Origin: Arcobacteraceae bacterium
Lineage (GTDB): Bacteria > Campylobacterota > Campylobacteria > Campylobacterales > Arcobacteraceae
Assembly: GCA_963662945.1 (NCBI GenBank)
Contig: OY759974.1
Coordinates: 1,056,001 to 1,120,000, forward strand
DNA length: 64,000 bases
Reading direction: 5' to 3'
Part shown: positions 38,518 through 48,704 of the stretch, one piece after another
How the letters are laid out: every line of letters starts with the position of its first letter
How positions within the stretch are numbered: the first letter of the stretch is position 1
Program-made: the position numbers and the translations under genes
Notes under the pieces: generated by a model
The model's input: the letters and a program-made list of their open reading frames with translations, nothing else
What the model was told of the DNA's origin: nothing
The model's database searches: none

Positions 38518-39396
38518 TTATTTTGCGATTATATGTCTATTGAGATATTTTGATAATAATTCACTTAAATTATTTTTGATTTTTTCATCAAAACTATTTA
38601 AGCTTTTTTCACATTTTTTAGATAATTCATTGGCACTGTCTATCGCACCTTTTAAGCCTAAAAGATTTACAAATGAATTTTTATTAGCGTCATTTGATGT
38701 AGTTTTACCGGCTTCATCTTCACTTTGTACTTCATCAATAATATCATCTTGTATCTGAAAGAGTAATCCTATATCAATACCAAATTGATATAATTTTTCT
38801 TGTTCTTCATAAGATAAATTTACTATAATAGCACCCATTTTTAGACTTGCTGCTATAAGTTTTGCTGTTTTATGAATATGTAAAAACTCTAATTTTTCCA
38901 ATTCTATTTTTTGATTTTCAAAGTAACAATCAATAGCTTGACCAATAATCATTCCATCAATTCCACCATCATTACTCAATGTTTTAATCAATTCAATTTT
39001 TACATCATTACTTAATGATGCATTAGCTAAGAGATTAAAACTATGTGTATTTAGAGCATCTCCAACTAGTATAGCTGTAACTTCATCATAAGTTTTATGT
39101 AAAGTTGGGTTTCCCCGTCGTAAATCAGCGTTATCCATAGCTGGCAAATCATCATGAATTAGTGAATAAGTATGTAAAAACTCTATAGCTAAAGCAACAG
39201 GTAAACTGTTTTTAATAAGTAAAGGTTCTAAAGAATTTACTATAGTAAGTATAAGCATTGGTCGAAATCTTTTTCCACCTGCTTGAAGCATATCTTGCAA
39301 TGCATTTTCAAATATAGGGTGAAATGTTTTAGATACAGGAAGATTTTCTAATAAATATTGTTCAAACTGCTCTAATAACTTTTCACTTTGTAACAC
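38518..39396 (-). CDS. ispA: Farnesyl diphosphate synthase / polyprenyl synthetase
   Basis: GGKRFRP, SLIHDDLPAMD, RRG and FQIQDD. Confidence 0.92.
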   Translation of the reverse strand: MLQSEKLLEQFEQYLLENLPVSKTFHPIFENALQDMLQAGGKRFRPMLILTIVNSLEPLLIKNSLPVALAIEFLHTYSLIHDDLPAMDNADLRRGNPTLHKTYDEVTAILVGDALNTHSFNLLANASLSNDVKIELIKTLSNDGGIDGMIIGQAIDCYFENQKIELEKLEFLHIHKTAKLIAASLKMGAIIVNLSYEEQEKLYQFGIDIGLLFQIQDDIIDEVQSEDEAGKTTSNDANKNSFVNLLGLKGAIDSANELSKKCEKSLNSFDEKIKNNLSELLSKYLNRHIIAK

Positions 39397-39405
39397 TGTT
39401 ACTAC

Positions 39406-39723
39406 CTACTTTGCAAAAGGGTTTATACCACCCATCATATTCATTGCCATTGTTTTTTTTGCTTCATCACTTTGCTTCATCACATCATTCATAGCACTTA
39501 TTAGTAATATTTGCAAAGCGTCTTTATCATCAAGAAGAGAATCATCTATTTGTAGATCAGTTACTTCTGAATTACCATTAATTGATAATTCAATCATTCC
39601 TCCACCTACTTTAGAAGTGAAAATTTGTTTTGCACCCTCAATTTTTGCTTTTTGAGTCATCTCTTGTACTTGACCCATCATCTCATTGAGATTTAATTTA
39701 CTTAAATCAATCCCTTCAAACAT
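39406..39723 (-). CDS. YbaB/EbfC nucleoid-associated protein
   Basis: GGGMIE..ING, IDDSLL and LLISAMND. Confidence 0.9.
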   Translation of the reverse strand: MFEGIDLSKLNLNEMMGQVQEMTQKAKIEGAKQIFTSKVGGGMIELSINGNSEVTDLQIDDSLLDDKDALQILLISAMNDVMKQSDEAKKTMAMNMMGGINPFAK

Positions 39724-40103
39724 TAACGATCACTTCCTATAAGTTCATTTGTAATTTCAATTATATTATTTTTTTCATCTACATGAACTACTATTGGTTT
39801 ATAGTTTTCTAACTCATCATTATGGTATGAACCATAAGCAATTACTATAATTTTATCACCTATTTCAACTTTTCTAGCTGCAGCACCATTAAGACACATA
39901 TCTTTACTTCCTCGTGCACCTTTTATAACATAAGTTGAAAATCGTTCACCATTATTTATATTTACTATTTCAACTTTTTGCCCAACTCTTAAAGCTGCAG
40001 CATCTAGTAAATCTTCATCAACAGTAATAGAACCTACATAATTTAGATTTGCATCTGTTACTGTGGCTCTATGTATTTTACTATATAACATATCAAATGT
40101 CAT
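39723..40103 (-). CDS. panD: Aspartate 1-decarboxylase
   Basis: [22 protein letters not shown] and LNGAAAR. Confidence 0.97.
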   Translation of the reverse strand: MTFDMLYSKIHRATVTDANLNYVGSITVDEDLLDAAALRVGQKVEIVNINNGERFSTYVIKGARGSKDMCLNGAAARKVEIGDKIIVIAYGSYHNDELENYKPIVVHVDEKNNIIEITNELIGSDR

Positions 40104-40111
40104 TCTTATCC

Positions 40112-40474
40112 TTATTTTGCTAAAGATAGAGGCTCACCCCAAAATTGCTCAGGGATAATATACTCTTGTACTGGATTTCCACCAATTAAATGTTCATCTA
40201 TAATTCTATCTAATTTCTCTTTAGTTAATTGTACATACATATGATGACCTGGTTCTACTAACATAACTGGTCCCATTTGACATCTTCCAAGACAGCTTGT
40301 TCTTATAGGTTGAACTGGTCCCATTAAACCTTTTTGCATCATACTTTGTGCAAGATGATTAAATAAATCTCTTGTTTGTTCTGTCACACATGATGGTTTT
40401 GGCATCCCAGGAGGTGCACTTTGTTCACATTTAAATATGTAAAATGTTGGCTGCGGTATTTGTGGCATTTCCAT
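40112..40474 (-). CDS. Thioredoxin-like [2Fe-2S] ferredoxin
   Basis: Four Cys (KCE, PSC, TSCLGRC) followed by GP, and EHLIGG.PV. Confidence 0.9.
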   Translation of the reverse strand: MEMPQIPQPTFYIFKCEQSAPPGMPKPSCVTEQTRDLFNHLAQSMMQKGLMGPVQPIRTSCLGRCQMGPVMLVEPGHHMYVQLTKEKLDRIIDEHLIGGNPVQEYIIPEQFWGEPLSLAK

Positions 40475-40557
40475 TATTTTTCCTTTATTTTTGTTTAACT
40501 TTTATTTTATTCGCGAATTTTATCCGAGATTACTTAAAACTATCTAAAATGAGATTT

Positions 40558-42273
40558 TTAGTAATCTTCACCTCCACTATGCATTGAAACTTCAAACTCA
40601 ACCACTTTATCTCGTCCATTATTCTTTGCATGATAAAGTGCATCATCAGCATATTTTATCGCTTTCCACAGTGTATCCGCATCATTTGGATAATATGCTA
40701 TTCCTACACTTAATGTCTTTGTAAATGTAATATGATTTGCATTAAAAATCTCTGATTTAAACTTTTCATTAATCATTTTTGCAATTTCTAAACTTTTTAT
40801 TTTTGTGGTATTTTGTAACAATATTAGAAACTCTTCACCACCATATCTTACTGCTACATCAGAATTTCGTGTTGATTCTTTCATTATTTTTGCTAAACGT
40901 TTAATCACTTCATCACCAACATCATGTCCATAAGTATCATTTACTTTTTTAAAAAAATCAACATCTATCATCAAAACTGCATGAAGATTGTCATCTATTA
41001 TTCTATTAGTTACATTGGAATCTAAAAGTTCATTTAAAAATCGTCTGTTATATAAACCTGTCATCGGATCTCTAAGGGTAGTTTCTTTTAAAATATCCAT
41101 TAAAATTTTACTTTCTATAACAGGTTTTGCCATATCAAAATAATTACTTATTACAGGTATTTCATCTTTAATTCTTTTTATCTCATCACGTGAAGATGAT
41201 TGTATATGTAATACTAAAGAATTATCTTCATCAATATCAAAATTTAAACATATATATTCACTTACTTTTTGTTTACAATGTAAACATAAGTCATCAAAAT
41301 CACTTGAATATACATGACTTGAAGTTCTAAATGCTCTACATAAAGTTGCATTCTCATCCAATTCAATATCATTTAAATCAGCTGAGTCAAATATTATTTC
41401 TCTTATTTTATTTTTATTATTAATCTCAAAAAATATAAATTTATTTATTTTAAACTTACTTTGAAGTATATGTACAATTCTATGATAAATAACCATCTTA
41501 TTTTCATCTAACTCAATAGTCTTTTTAAACCTATATATTTCTGAAAGTTCATTTAATCTATTAGCTACTTTTCCAGCTTCATTTTGAAGTTTTGTATCAA
41601 TGATATAAGAAAAATCACCTCTATATGCTTTCAATATTCCATTTTCTAAATCATCAAATAATTTGATATAAGGTCTAATAAAATAATTTGCTACAAAAAT
41701 TGAAATAATTAAAATAACTAATACAATAAATAAAATTTTAGCTGCTATTAAAACCCCTTCTATTCTTGTTGAACTTACTTCTAAATCCATACTAATAACA
41801 CCTAAAACATCACCCTCATTTGCAGTATGACATTCTAAACAATTTGGATTTGTATTCGCTGTAGCAATATATGGGATACTCACTTTTAATATAACATTAT
41901 CCACAGTTTCTATAAGTTTTGTTTGTAACTTAGCTGTATCCACTACTTTTTTTTCAAGTGGTGTGATTCTCGTTTCTCCATAAAAACCTACACCATATTG
42001 TTTTACTACAGAAGGAGCTCTTAAAAGATGGAAGTTTTCAATTTTTTGATTTACAGCAATGTTGTTTAAAAAAAATGCTCTTTTATCCATGGTGCCGTTT
42101 ACCATATGTGCAGTTAATCCATCCCGAACATTTTGTGCTATACTAATGGCTTTATCCGTTGTATTTTTTATACTAAAAGCTTTGAAATTGTAAATAAAAA
42201 CCATTATACTTACTAAAGAAACACTTAATAGCATAGCAATAACAATTGTTAGAACTTTTTTATTTGTACTCAT
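40558..42273 (-). CDS. Membrane diguanylate cyclase with a periplasmic CxxCH sensor
   Basis: Two TM helices with CLECH between them, a HAMP-like linker, DPMTGLYNRR, RNSD and RYGGEEF. Confidence 0.9.
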   Translation of the reverse strand: MSTNKKVLTIVIAMLLSVSLVSIMVFIYNFKAFSIKNTTDKAISIAQNVRDGLTAHMVNGTMDKRAFFLNNIAVNQKIENFHLLRAPSVVKQYGVGFYGETRITPLEKKVVDTAKLQTKLIETVDNVILKVSIPYIATANTNPNCLECHTANEGDVLGVISMDLEVSSTRIEGVLIAAKILFIVLVILIISIFVANYFIRPYIKLFDDLENGILKAYRGDFSYIIDTKLQNEAGKVANRLNELSEIYRFKKTIELDENKMVIYHRIVHILQSKFKINKFIFFEINNKNKIREIIFDSADLNDIELDENATLCRAFRTSSHVYSSDFDDLCLHCKQKVSEYICLNFDIDEDNSLVLHIQSSSRDEIKRIKDEIPVISNYFDMAKPVIESKILMDILKETTLRDPMTGLYNRRFLNELLDSNVTNRIIDDNLHAVLMIDVDFFKKVNDTYGHDVGDEVIKRLAKIMKESTRNSDVAVRYGGEEFLILLQNTTKIKSLEIAKMINEKFKSEIFNANHITFTKTLSVGIAYYPNDADTLWKAIKYADDALYHAKNNGRDKVVEFEVSMHSGGEDY

Positions 42274-43558
42274 TTAATATCGCTAAAATCATTGTTTTAT
42301 CATTTTGTGGGAGTTTTTTATCATATATTATTTGATATTCTTCATCACCTTTTCCAAGAACCAATACTACAGGATTTTTATAATTTTTTGATTTTTCTAA
42401 AGCTATTTTAATAGCTTCTTTTCTATTAAGTTCTACTGTAACATTTTCTTGTTTCTCAATACCTTTTAGAATATCTTCACATATTAAATCAGGATCTTCA
42501 AATCTTGGATTATCTGCTGTTATAATTATCTCTTTACTAAATTGTTCTGCAACTTTACCCATCAATGGTCTTTTTGTTGTATCTCTGTCTCCACCTGCAC
42601 CAAATACACTTATAATATCATAATCTTGAAAACTGCTAAATACTTCTTTCATACCATCATGTGTATGTGCAAAATCTACTACAATTAAAGGATTACTAGA
42701 TACAACTTCCATCCTTCCTGCAACTCCACCAAAATATTCTACAACATCACAAATTTCTTGAAGTGGCTTTTTTGTCAAAAGATTTACACTAGCAATTGCT
42801 GCGGTCAAATTATATACATTAAATAAACCCATCATTGGAGAACTAAAATGTACCATATTTGCAAAATGTTGTAATGCAACATGAAGTCCATTTTTCAAAC
42901 TATAAGCAGTTACTCTATAAGTTGCTGGATTTTCTAAACCATAGGCAAAAGCATTTTTTATATTAAATTTTATAAGAGCATCATCTTTATTTATAAGTTT
43001 CATACTTTCATCAGCAAAAAAGCTATTTTTTACACTAATATATTCTTCAATTGTTTTATGATAATCAAGATGATCTTGAGTTATGTTTGTATGAATTTTA
43101 AGAGCAAAATCAAGTCCCTCAATCCTATTTTGTTCAATAGCATGTGAACTAACTTCCATCACAAAAAAATCACAATTATTTTCTAAAGCTTGTTGAATAT
43201 GAAGAAAATTTGAGATTTGTACAGGTGTCGTTAAACTATAATCTTCTATTTTTTTATCATTAATAAAAAAACCACGTGTTCCCTGTAAAGCTACTTTATA
43301 CCCTAAATCTAAAAGAATAGAATATATAGCTGCTGCAGTAGTTGTTTTCCCATTAGTTCCAGTTATACCAACAATTTTGATAGATGAAAAATCAAAATAC
43401 TCTTTCAGTGCACTACTATTGATAAATTCTGTACAACCATTGTCTTTTGCACTTTGAATAAATCGTTCGTTCTGCTTTGATGTTACAAAAATAATTTCAC
43501 TTGTGACTTCATTTGAATTATCTGTAAAAACCCTACCATCATTAGTGGTTATTTTCAA
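42260..43558 (-). CDS. murE: UDP-MurNAc-dipeptide:meso-DAP ligase
   Basis: GITGTNGKTTT, MEVSSH, DHLDYH, DFAHT and DNPR. Confidence 0.96.
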   Translation of the reverse strand: MKITTNDGRVFTDNSNEVTSEIIFVTSKQNERFIQSAKDNGCTEFINSSALKEYFDFSSIKIVGITGTNGKTTTAAAIYSILLDLGYKVALQGTRGFFINDKKIEDYSLTTPVQISNFLHIQQALENNCDFFVMEVSSHAIEQNRIEGLDFALKIHTNITQDHLDYHKTIEEYISVKNSFFADESMKLINKDDALIKFNIKNAFAYGLENPATYRVTAYSLKNGLHVALQHFANMVHFSSPMMGLFNVYNLTAAIASVNLLTKKPLQEICDVVEYFGGVAGRMEVVSSNPLIVVDFAHTHDGMKEVFSSFQDYDIISVFGAGGDRDTTKRPLMGKVAEQFSKEIIITADNPRFEDPDLICEDILKGIEKQENVTVELNRKEAIKIALEKSKNYKNPVVLVLGKGDEEYQIIYDKKLPQNDKTMILAILNEYK

Positions 43559-44132
43559 TATTTTTTCTCTCTAATTTTTTATACAATGCAGTAAGTTCCT
43601 CATCATAAGAAAAAAACTCGTTAAATCCATCTAAATATGTATATGCCGTATTACTAAAATTATTTTCTATTAATTTATCAATAAAATCTATTAAATCATC
43701 TTTTGAAGTAATAGCAACTTTTGTACTGAACATAATATCTTGATATGCTTCTTTAAATGAACCACGACTTTGCACTAATTCTTGAAAATCTTTATATTCA
43801 ATCGCATCTAATGCTTCAACGTTTGTATGAGACATATCTTTTAGGACATTCATCATTTTTTCATTATCCCCATCATAAGCTGAAATTACATCTTGAACAT
43901 GCGTAACTGCATCATTAAAGTTTTCATCTTTTGCTACTATAAAATAGTCAAATAAACTTTGTGCTTTTTTATCATTTTCAAATCCTAAATCAGATAATAA
44001 ACAGTATATCTGATACTCTATATTTTTTGGATCTGTTGATGAAACTTGTGCATATAAAAATAATGCCTTATCATATTGCTTTGCACTAAAATAGGAATGA
44101 GCTTGTTTTAATAATTCTTCAATTCTAATCAT
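43542..44132 (-). CDS. TPR-like hypothetical protein
   Basis: Helical N-terminal TPR-like repeat and RGSFKEAYQDIMFSTKV. Start MIRIEE overlaps the NifU-domain gene stop. Confidence 0.7.
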   Translation of the reverse strand: MIRIEELLKQAHSYFSAKQYDKALFLYAQVSSTDPKNIEYQIYCLLSDLGFENDKKAQSLFDYFIVAKDENFNDAVTHVQDVISAYDGDNEKMMNVLKDMSHTNVEALDAIEYKDFQELVQSRGSFKEAYQDIMFSTKVAITSKDDLIDFIDKLIENNFSNTAYTYLDGFNEFFSYDEELTALYKKLERKNIENNH

Positions 44133-44404
44133 TTTATCTCTTCTTCCATACCTAAAGGTACATTTACTATTTCTAAATCTGGATGTATCGCTGCTTTTAA
44201 TTCTTTTTCTACTATAAATTTTAATGTACTTCCACTTGCAGCACACCCCACACAGGCACCCTGTAACTGTACATATATTTTACCATCTTTTATTTTAAGT
44301 AATACTATTGCACCACCATCTTTAGCCAACATTGGAGCAATCTTATTTTGAATAATATTACTTACAGGTTGTTCTAAATCTTCATCTGTAAATGGCATAC
44401 TCAT
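44129..44404 (-). CDS. NifU/Nfu-domain Fe-S carrier
   Basis: PMLAKDGG and LQGACVGC..S..TLK. Confidence 0.92.
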   Translation of the reverse strand: MSMPFTDEDLEQPVSNIIQNKIAPMLAKDGGAIVLLKIKDGKIYVQLQGACVGCAASGSTLKFIVEKELKAAIHPDLEIVNVPLGMEEEIK

Positions 44405-44415
44405 TAAAAATCCTT

Positions 44416-44520
44416 TTAATTTTTACTTTTATACTTAACTAGTACTATACCAATAGCAGTAACTACTAAAATCACGGCTATGGTTTCAAATATAAATTCT
44501 AATGTAACAGGCTCACTCAT
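44416..44520 (-). CDS. 34-aa single-TM protein (not in the ORF track)
   Basis: MSEPVTLEFIFETIAVILVVTAIGIVLVKYKSKN*. Starts 1 nt after the ileS stop and fills the intergenic gap. Confidence 0.6.
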   Translation of the reverse strand: MSEPVTLEFIFETIAVILVVTAIGIVLVKYKSKN

Positions 44521-44521
44521 A

Positions 44522-47272
44522 TTAAGAGTTTACAACCTCATCACATCTTTTACATAATGTATCTTCAGCTGATGCTCTAAATTTCCAACATCTAGGACAT
44601 TTATGCTCAACAGCTTTATAAACTTCAAAAGTTTTTCCATCAACTTCAAAACTACCTAAACTTTCTTCTTGTTTTTCAGCTATTACTTGACTCACAACAA
44701 ACCAATCTTCAGCCAATGTACTATCCATAGCTAAAACATCTTCACTATTTGTATAAATAACTAACTCTAAAGTTGATTTTATAACTTTCTCTTTGTTAAG
44801 TTTATCTTTTATTTCTGCAAATTTACTTTTTGCATCTAATAAATGTATTTCATTAAGATTTGTTTTAACTTCAGGTAAATAATATTTTTTCATATCAAAA
44901 ATTGAAGTTACTCCATCTGTTATCACTTTTGGTGCATGTTGTATTAATTCATCCATTGTGTATGTCAATACCGGAGCTAACATTGTAATAAATGCACGTG
45001 CTATCATAGCCATAGCACTTGCACTCGCAACTCTTGTAATTGAATTTTTTCCATCACAATACATTTTATCTTTACATACATCAATATAAACATTTGATAA
45101 TTCTGCTACTAGAAAATGATTTAATTTATTTAAACCTCTACTATAATCGTAAGCTCTAAAACTATCATCAACTTCTTTAAATACTTTTTGTGCTTTATCT
45201 AAAATCCATAAATCTACTTCACTCATAGTTTCAATTGAAGCAATCTCTTCTAAGTCATTTACATTCCCTAAAAGTATTTTTCCTGTATTTCTTATTTTTC
45301 TGTATTGTTCCGCCATCTGTTTTAAAATACCATCAGATATTTTTAAATCTGACTGATAATCAGACATAGCAACCCACATTCTAAGTATCTCAGAACCATA
45401 CTCTTTTAAAACTTTATCAGGTGCCACAACATTACCTTTAGATTTTGACATCTTTTCACCCTTAGCATCAACAGTAAATCCATGAGTTAAAATTGATTTA
45501 TAAGGTGCTTGTTCATTTGAAGCTAATGAAGTTAAAAGTGAAGATTGGAACCAACCTCTATGTTGATCACTTCCTTCAAGATACATATCAGCAGGATAAG
45601 TACCAGCATCATAATTTCTACTTCTTAAAACTGCATGTTGTGTTGAACCACTATCAAACCATACATCTAAAATATCCATTGTTTTTTCTAAATCATCAGG
45701 ATTTAATCCGCTTCCAGGATATAATAAATCTTTTATATCTAAATCATACCAAGCATCGGCACCTTTTTGTTCAAAAATCATTGCAACATAATTTAAAACC
45801 TGCTCATCATAGATAATCTCATCAGTTAATTTGTTTCTAAAAAATGCAATAGGTACACCCCAATCTCTTTGTCTTGAGATACACCAATCTGGTCGACCTT
45901 CAATCATAGTTTTTAATCTATTTTTTCCATGTGCTGGATAAAACTTTACATCTTCAATAGCTTCTAAAGCATTTTCTCTTAGAGTTTTTCCTTTTTTCCC
46001 ATAAGGCTCATCCATAGCAATAAACCATTGTTTTGTTGCTCTAAAAATAACTGGTTTATGTGTTCTCCAACAATGAGGATATGAGTGTGTAATATCAACC
46101 CTTTTTATCAAAGCACTACCTAAAAGCTCAAGTATTCTCTCATTTGCAGTAAATACATTTACATTAACAAACTCTTCTGGATTTGGAAGTAAATTTTCTC
46201 TTACAATGGTATTGTCGTATGCACCATTTGCCCCAACTGGCATAATAACTTCTAAATCATATTTTAATCCAACTTTATAGTCATCTTCACCATGACCAGG
46301 TGCTGTATGAACTGCACCTGTTCCTGAATCCATCATTACATGATCACCTAGAACAATTGTTGATGTTCTTCCGTTTAATGGATTGATAGCAAATGTATTT
46401 TCTAAAGTTTTTGGATCAATATCTTCTACAATATCACCTTTTACCACTTCATTTTCTATACAAAAATTATAAAGTTTTTTCGCAACTATAAAACCATCAC
46501 TTGTTTTTACATACATCTCTTCACCATTTAAAGCAATTCCTGTATTTGCAGGAAGTGTCCAAGGTGTTGTTGTCCAAATAATTACACTTTCATCTCTATT
46601 TTGTAATTTAAATGCTACATAAATTGATGGAGATACTTTATCTTCATATTCAACTTCTGCTTCAGCCAATGCTGTTTGTGCTGCCCATGACCAATATACA
46701 GGCTTACTTCTTTGGATTAATAATCCTTGTTTTGCAATAGCAATCAATTCTCTATAAATATTTGCCTCAAATTTAAAATCCATCGTTAAGTATGGATTGT
46801 CCCAATCACCTATTACACCTAATGCTTTAAATTCATCTCTTTGAATATCAATAAATTTACTTGCATGGTTTCTACAAAGTTCTCTTAATTTTGATTTTGC
46901 TAACTCTTTTTTCTTTGCACCACCAATTTTTTCTTCTACTTTTTGCTCAATTGGTAAACCATGACAGTCCCAACCTGGAGTGTATCTAGTTGATTTCCCA
47001 TCAAAGTAATGATATTTCACAATAATATCTTTTAATACTTTATTGAGTGCGTGCCCTATATGTGTATTTCCATTTGCATAAGGAGGTCCATCATGAAGTG
47101 TAAAAGTTTCGCATCCCACTCTATTTTGTTTCATCTTTTCATACACTTTTTCATCATCCCAAAGTTTATATTGCTTTGGTTCATTATGTGGTAAGCTTCC
47201 TCTCATTGGAAAACTTGTTGTTGGTAATTGTAAGGTATTTTTATAATCTATTGGTTCTGTAACTTGTGACAT
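44522..47272 (-). CDS. ileS: Isoleucyl-tRNA synthetase
   Basis: HDGPPYANG, HIGH, WTTTPWTLP, KMSKS and a C-terminal Zn finger CPRCW...CKRC. Confidence 0.98.
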   Translation of the reverse strand: MSQVTEPIDYKNTLQLPTTSFPMRGSLPHNEPKQYKLWDDEKVYEKMKQNRVGCETFTLHDGPPYANGNTHIGHALNKVLKDIIVKYHYFDGKSTRYTPGWDCHGLPIEQKVEEKIGGAKKKELAKSKLRELCRNHASKFIDIQRDEFKALGVIGDWDNPYLTMDFKFEANIYRELIAIAKQGLLIQRSKPVYWSWAAQTALAEAEVEYEDKVSPSIYVAFKLQNRDESVIIWTTTPWTLPANTGIALNGEEMYVKTSDGFIVAKKLYNFCIENEVVKGDIVEDIDPKTLENTFAINPLNGRTSTIVLGDHVMMDSGTGAVHTAPGHGEDDYKVGLKYDLEVIMPVGANGAYDNTIVRENLLPNPEEFVNVNVFTANERILELLGSALIKRVDITHSYPHCWRTHKPVIFRATKQWFIAMDEPYGKKGKTLRENALEAIEDVKFYPAHGKNRLKTMIEGRPDWCISRQRDWGVPIAFFRNKLTDEIIYDEQVLNYVAMIFEQKGADAWYDLDIKDLLYPGSGLNPDDLEKTMDILDVWFDSGSTQHAVLRSRNYDAGTYPADMYLEGSDQHRGWFQSSLLTSLASNEQAPYKSILTHGFTVDAKGEKMSKSKGNVVAPDKVLKEYGSEILRMWVAMSDYQSDLKISDGILKQMAEQYRKIRNTGKILLGNVNDLEEIASIETMSEVDLWILDKAQKVFKEVDDSFRAYDYSRGLNKLNHFLVAELSNVYIDVCKDKMYCDGKNSITRVASASAMAMIARAFITMLAPVLTYTMDELIQHAPKVITDGVTSIFDMKKYYLPEVKTNLNEIHLLDAKSKFAEIKDKLNKEKVIKSTLELVIYTNSEDVLAMDSTLAEDWFVVSQVIAEKQEESLGSFEVDGKTFEVYKAVEHKCPRCWKFRASAEDTLCKRCDEVVNS

Positions 47273-47340
47273 ATTTTTTAATAATCCTGTAATTTAAAAT
47301 AGGCTAAAGTGTACCAAAATAAGATTTAAAAGGTGTTTAA

Positions 47341-47841
47341 ATGTTTAACAATATCTTTAACCAAGAAAAAATGTTATTGCTACAAGAGTTACTCATTAAA
47401 AAAAATGAAACTATTACTTGTGCAGAAAGTTGTACAGGAGGATTAGTAGCTTCATATATTACACAAAACTCTGGTTCATCTTCTATTTTTAGAGGCTCAG
47501 TAGTAACTTACTGTAATGAAATAAAAGAACAAGAATTAAATGTAAGAAAAGAAACTATGATTAAATTTGGTGTAGTAAGTTGTGAAGTAGTTGAAGAGAT
47601 GTGTATAGGTGTTTTAAAAAAATTTGATGCAGATTATGCCATATCAATAAGTGGTGTAGCTGGTCCAACTGGTGGTACAAAAAATAAGCCTGTTGGTACT
47701 GTAGCGATAGGAATAATAAGTAAAGAGAAGATTCTAGATATAAGAATATATAATTTTTCAGGCAATAGAAATGAGATACAAATTCAAGCAGCCAAAACTG
47801 CTCTAAATACAATTTTTGAAATTTTATCAAAAAACTCTTGA
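47341..47841 (+). CDS. cinA: CinA C-terminal/PncC family protein
   Basis: AESCTGG, GVVS and SGVAGPTGG..KPVGTV. Confidence 0.9.
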   Translation: MFNNIFNQEKMLLLQELLIKKNETITCAESCTGGLVASYITQNSGSSSIFRGSVVTYCNEIKEQELNVRKETMIKFGVVSCEVVEEMCIGVLKKFDADYAISISGVAGPTGGTKNKPVGTVAIGIISKEKILDIRIYNFSGNRNEIQIQAAKTALNTIFEILSKNS

Positions 47842-47866
47842 CAAAAAAAATATATTTCACTATAAT
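47838..47866 (+). promoter_or_regulatory. Consensus sigma70 promoter of the tRNA operon
   Basis: TTGACA-17 nt-TATAAT. Confidence 0.9.
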
Positions 47867-47887
47867 TCCACTCCATTTAACAAATAT

Positions 47888-47963
47888 GACCCGTTAGCTC
47901 AGCCGGTAGAGCATCTCCCTTTTAAGGAGGTGGCCGATGGTTCGAATCCATCACGGGTCACCA
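47888..47963 (+). tRNA. tRNA-Lys(TTT)
   Basis: Cloverleaf, anticodon loop CTTTTAA, GTTCGAA and CCA end. Confidence 0.96.
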
Positions 47964-47975
47964 TAAATGTTATTT

Positions 47976-48051
47976 GGTCGATTAGCTCAGTTGGTAGAGC
48001 GCTACCCTTACAAGGTAGATGTCAGTGGTTCGAGTCCACTATCGACCACCA
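47976..48051 (+). tRNA. tRNA-Val(TAC)
   Basis: Anticodon loop CTTACAA, CCA end. Confidence 0.96.
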
Positions 48052-48067
48052 TAAAAAATTTAATGTT

Positions 48068-48142
48068 GGCCCCATCGTCTAGTGGTTAGGATCCATGGTT
48101 TTCATCCATGTTACAGGAGTTCGAGTCTCCTTGGGGTCACCA
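48068..48142 (+). tRNA. tRNA-Glu(TTC)
   Basis: Anticodon loop TTTTCAT, CCA end. Confidence 0.95.
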
Positions 48143-48170
48143 ACATTTAGTTTTACATTAATTTAAAAGT

Positions 48171-48247
48171 GCGGTTGTAGTTCAGTTGGTTAGAATACCT
48201 GCCTGTCACGCAGGGGGCCGCGAGTTCGAGTCTCGTCAACCGCGCCA
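48171..48247 (+). tRNA. tRNA-Asp(GTC)
   Basis: Anticodon loop CTGTCAC, CCA end. Confidence 0.96.
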
Positions 48248-48266
48248 CTTTTAAAATTTTATAGAT

Positions 48267-48342
48267 GACCCGTTAGCTCAGCCGGTAGAGCATCTCCCTT
48301 TTAAGGAGGTGGCCGATGGTTCGAATCCATCACGGGTCACCA
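48267..48342 (+). tRNA. tRNA-Lys(TTT), copy 2
   Basis: Same sequence as 47888-47963. Confidence 0.96.
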
Positions 48343-48356
48343 TTTTTATAATTGTT

Positions 48357-48431
48357 GGCCCCATCGTCTAGTGGTTAGGATCCATGGTTTTCATCCATGT
48401 TACAGGAGTTCGAGTCTCCTTGGGGTCACCA
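48357..48431 (+). tRNA. tRNA-Glu(TTC), copy 2
   Basis: Same sequence as 48068-48142. Confidence 0.95.
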
Positions 48432-48440
48432 ACAATTTTT

Positions 48441-48516
48441 GGTCGATTAGCTCAGTTGGTAGAGCGCTACCCTTACAAGGTAGATGTCAGTGGTTCGAGT
48501 CCACTATCGACCACCA
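48441..48516 (+). tRNA. tRNA-Val(TAC), copy 2
   Basis: Same sequence as 47976-48051. Confidence 0.96.
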
Positions 48517-48609
48517 TAAGTATAAGATTGTAATATTTATACAATTAAAATACATCTCTCTTAAGTTATACAAATAGCTTCAGTCAGAATTTCAATTTTT
48601 ATTTGGTGT

Positions 48610-48686
48610 GCGGTTGTAGTTCAGTTGGTTAGAATACCTGCCTGTCACGCAGGGGGCCGCGAGTTCGAGTCTCGTCAACCGCGCCA
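48610..48686 (+). tRNA. tRNA-Asp(GTC), copy 2
   Basis: Same sequence as 48171-48247. Confidence 0.96.
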
Positions 48687-48704
48687 CTTTTCATTTAAAT
48701 CAAA

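Noticed and set aside
47888-48686. Repeated ~75-bp units that could be read as a CRISPR array or integration-site repeats
   Set aside because: They are complete tRNA genes with CCA ends. No cas or integrase gene is nearby and no partial tRNA 3' duplicate was seen.
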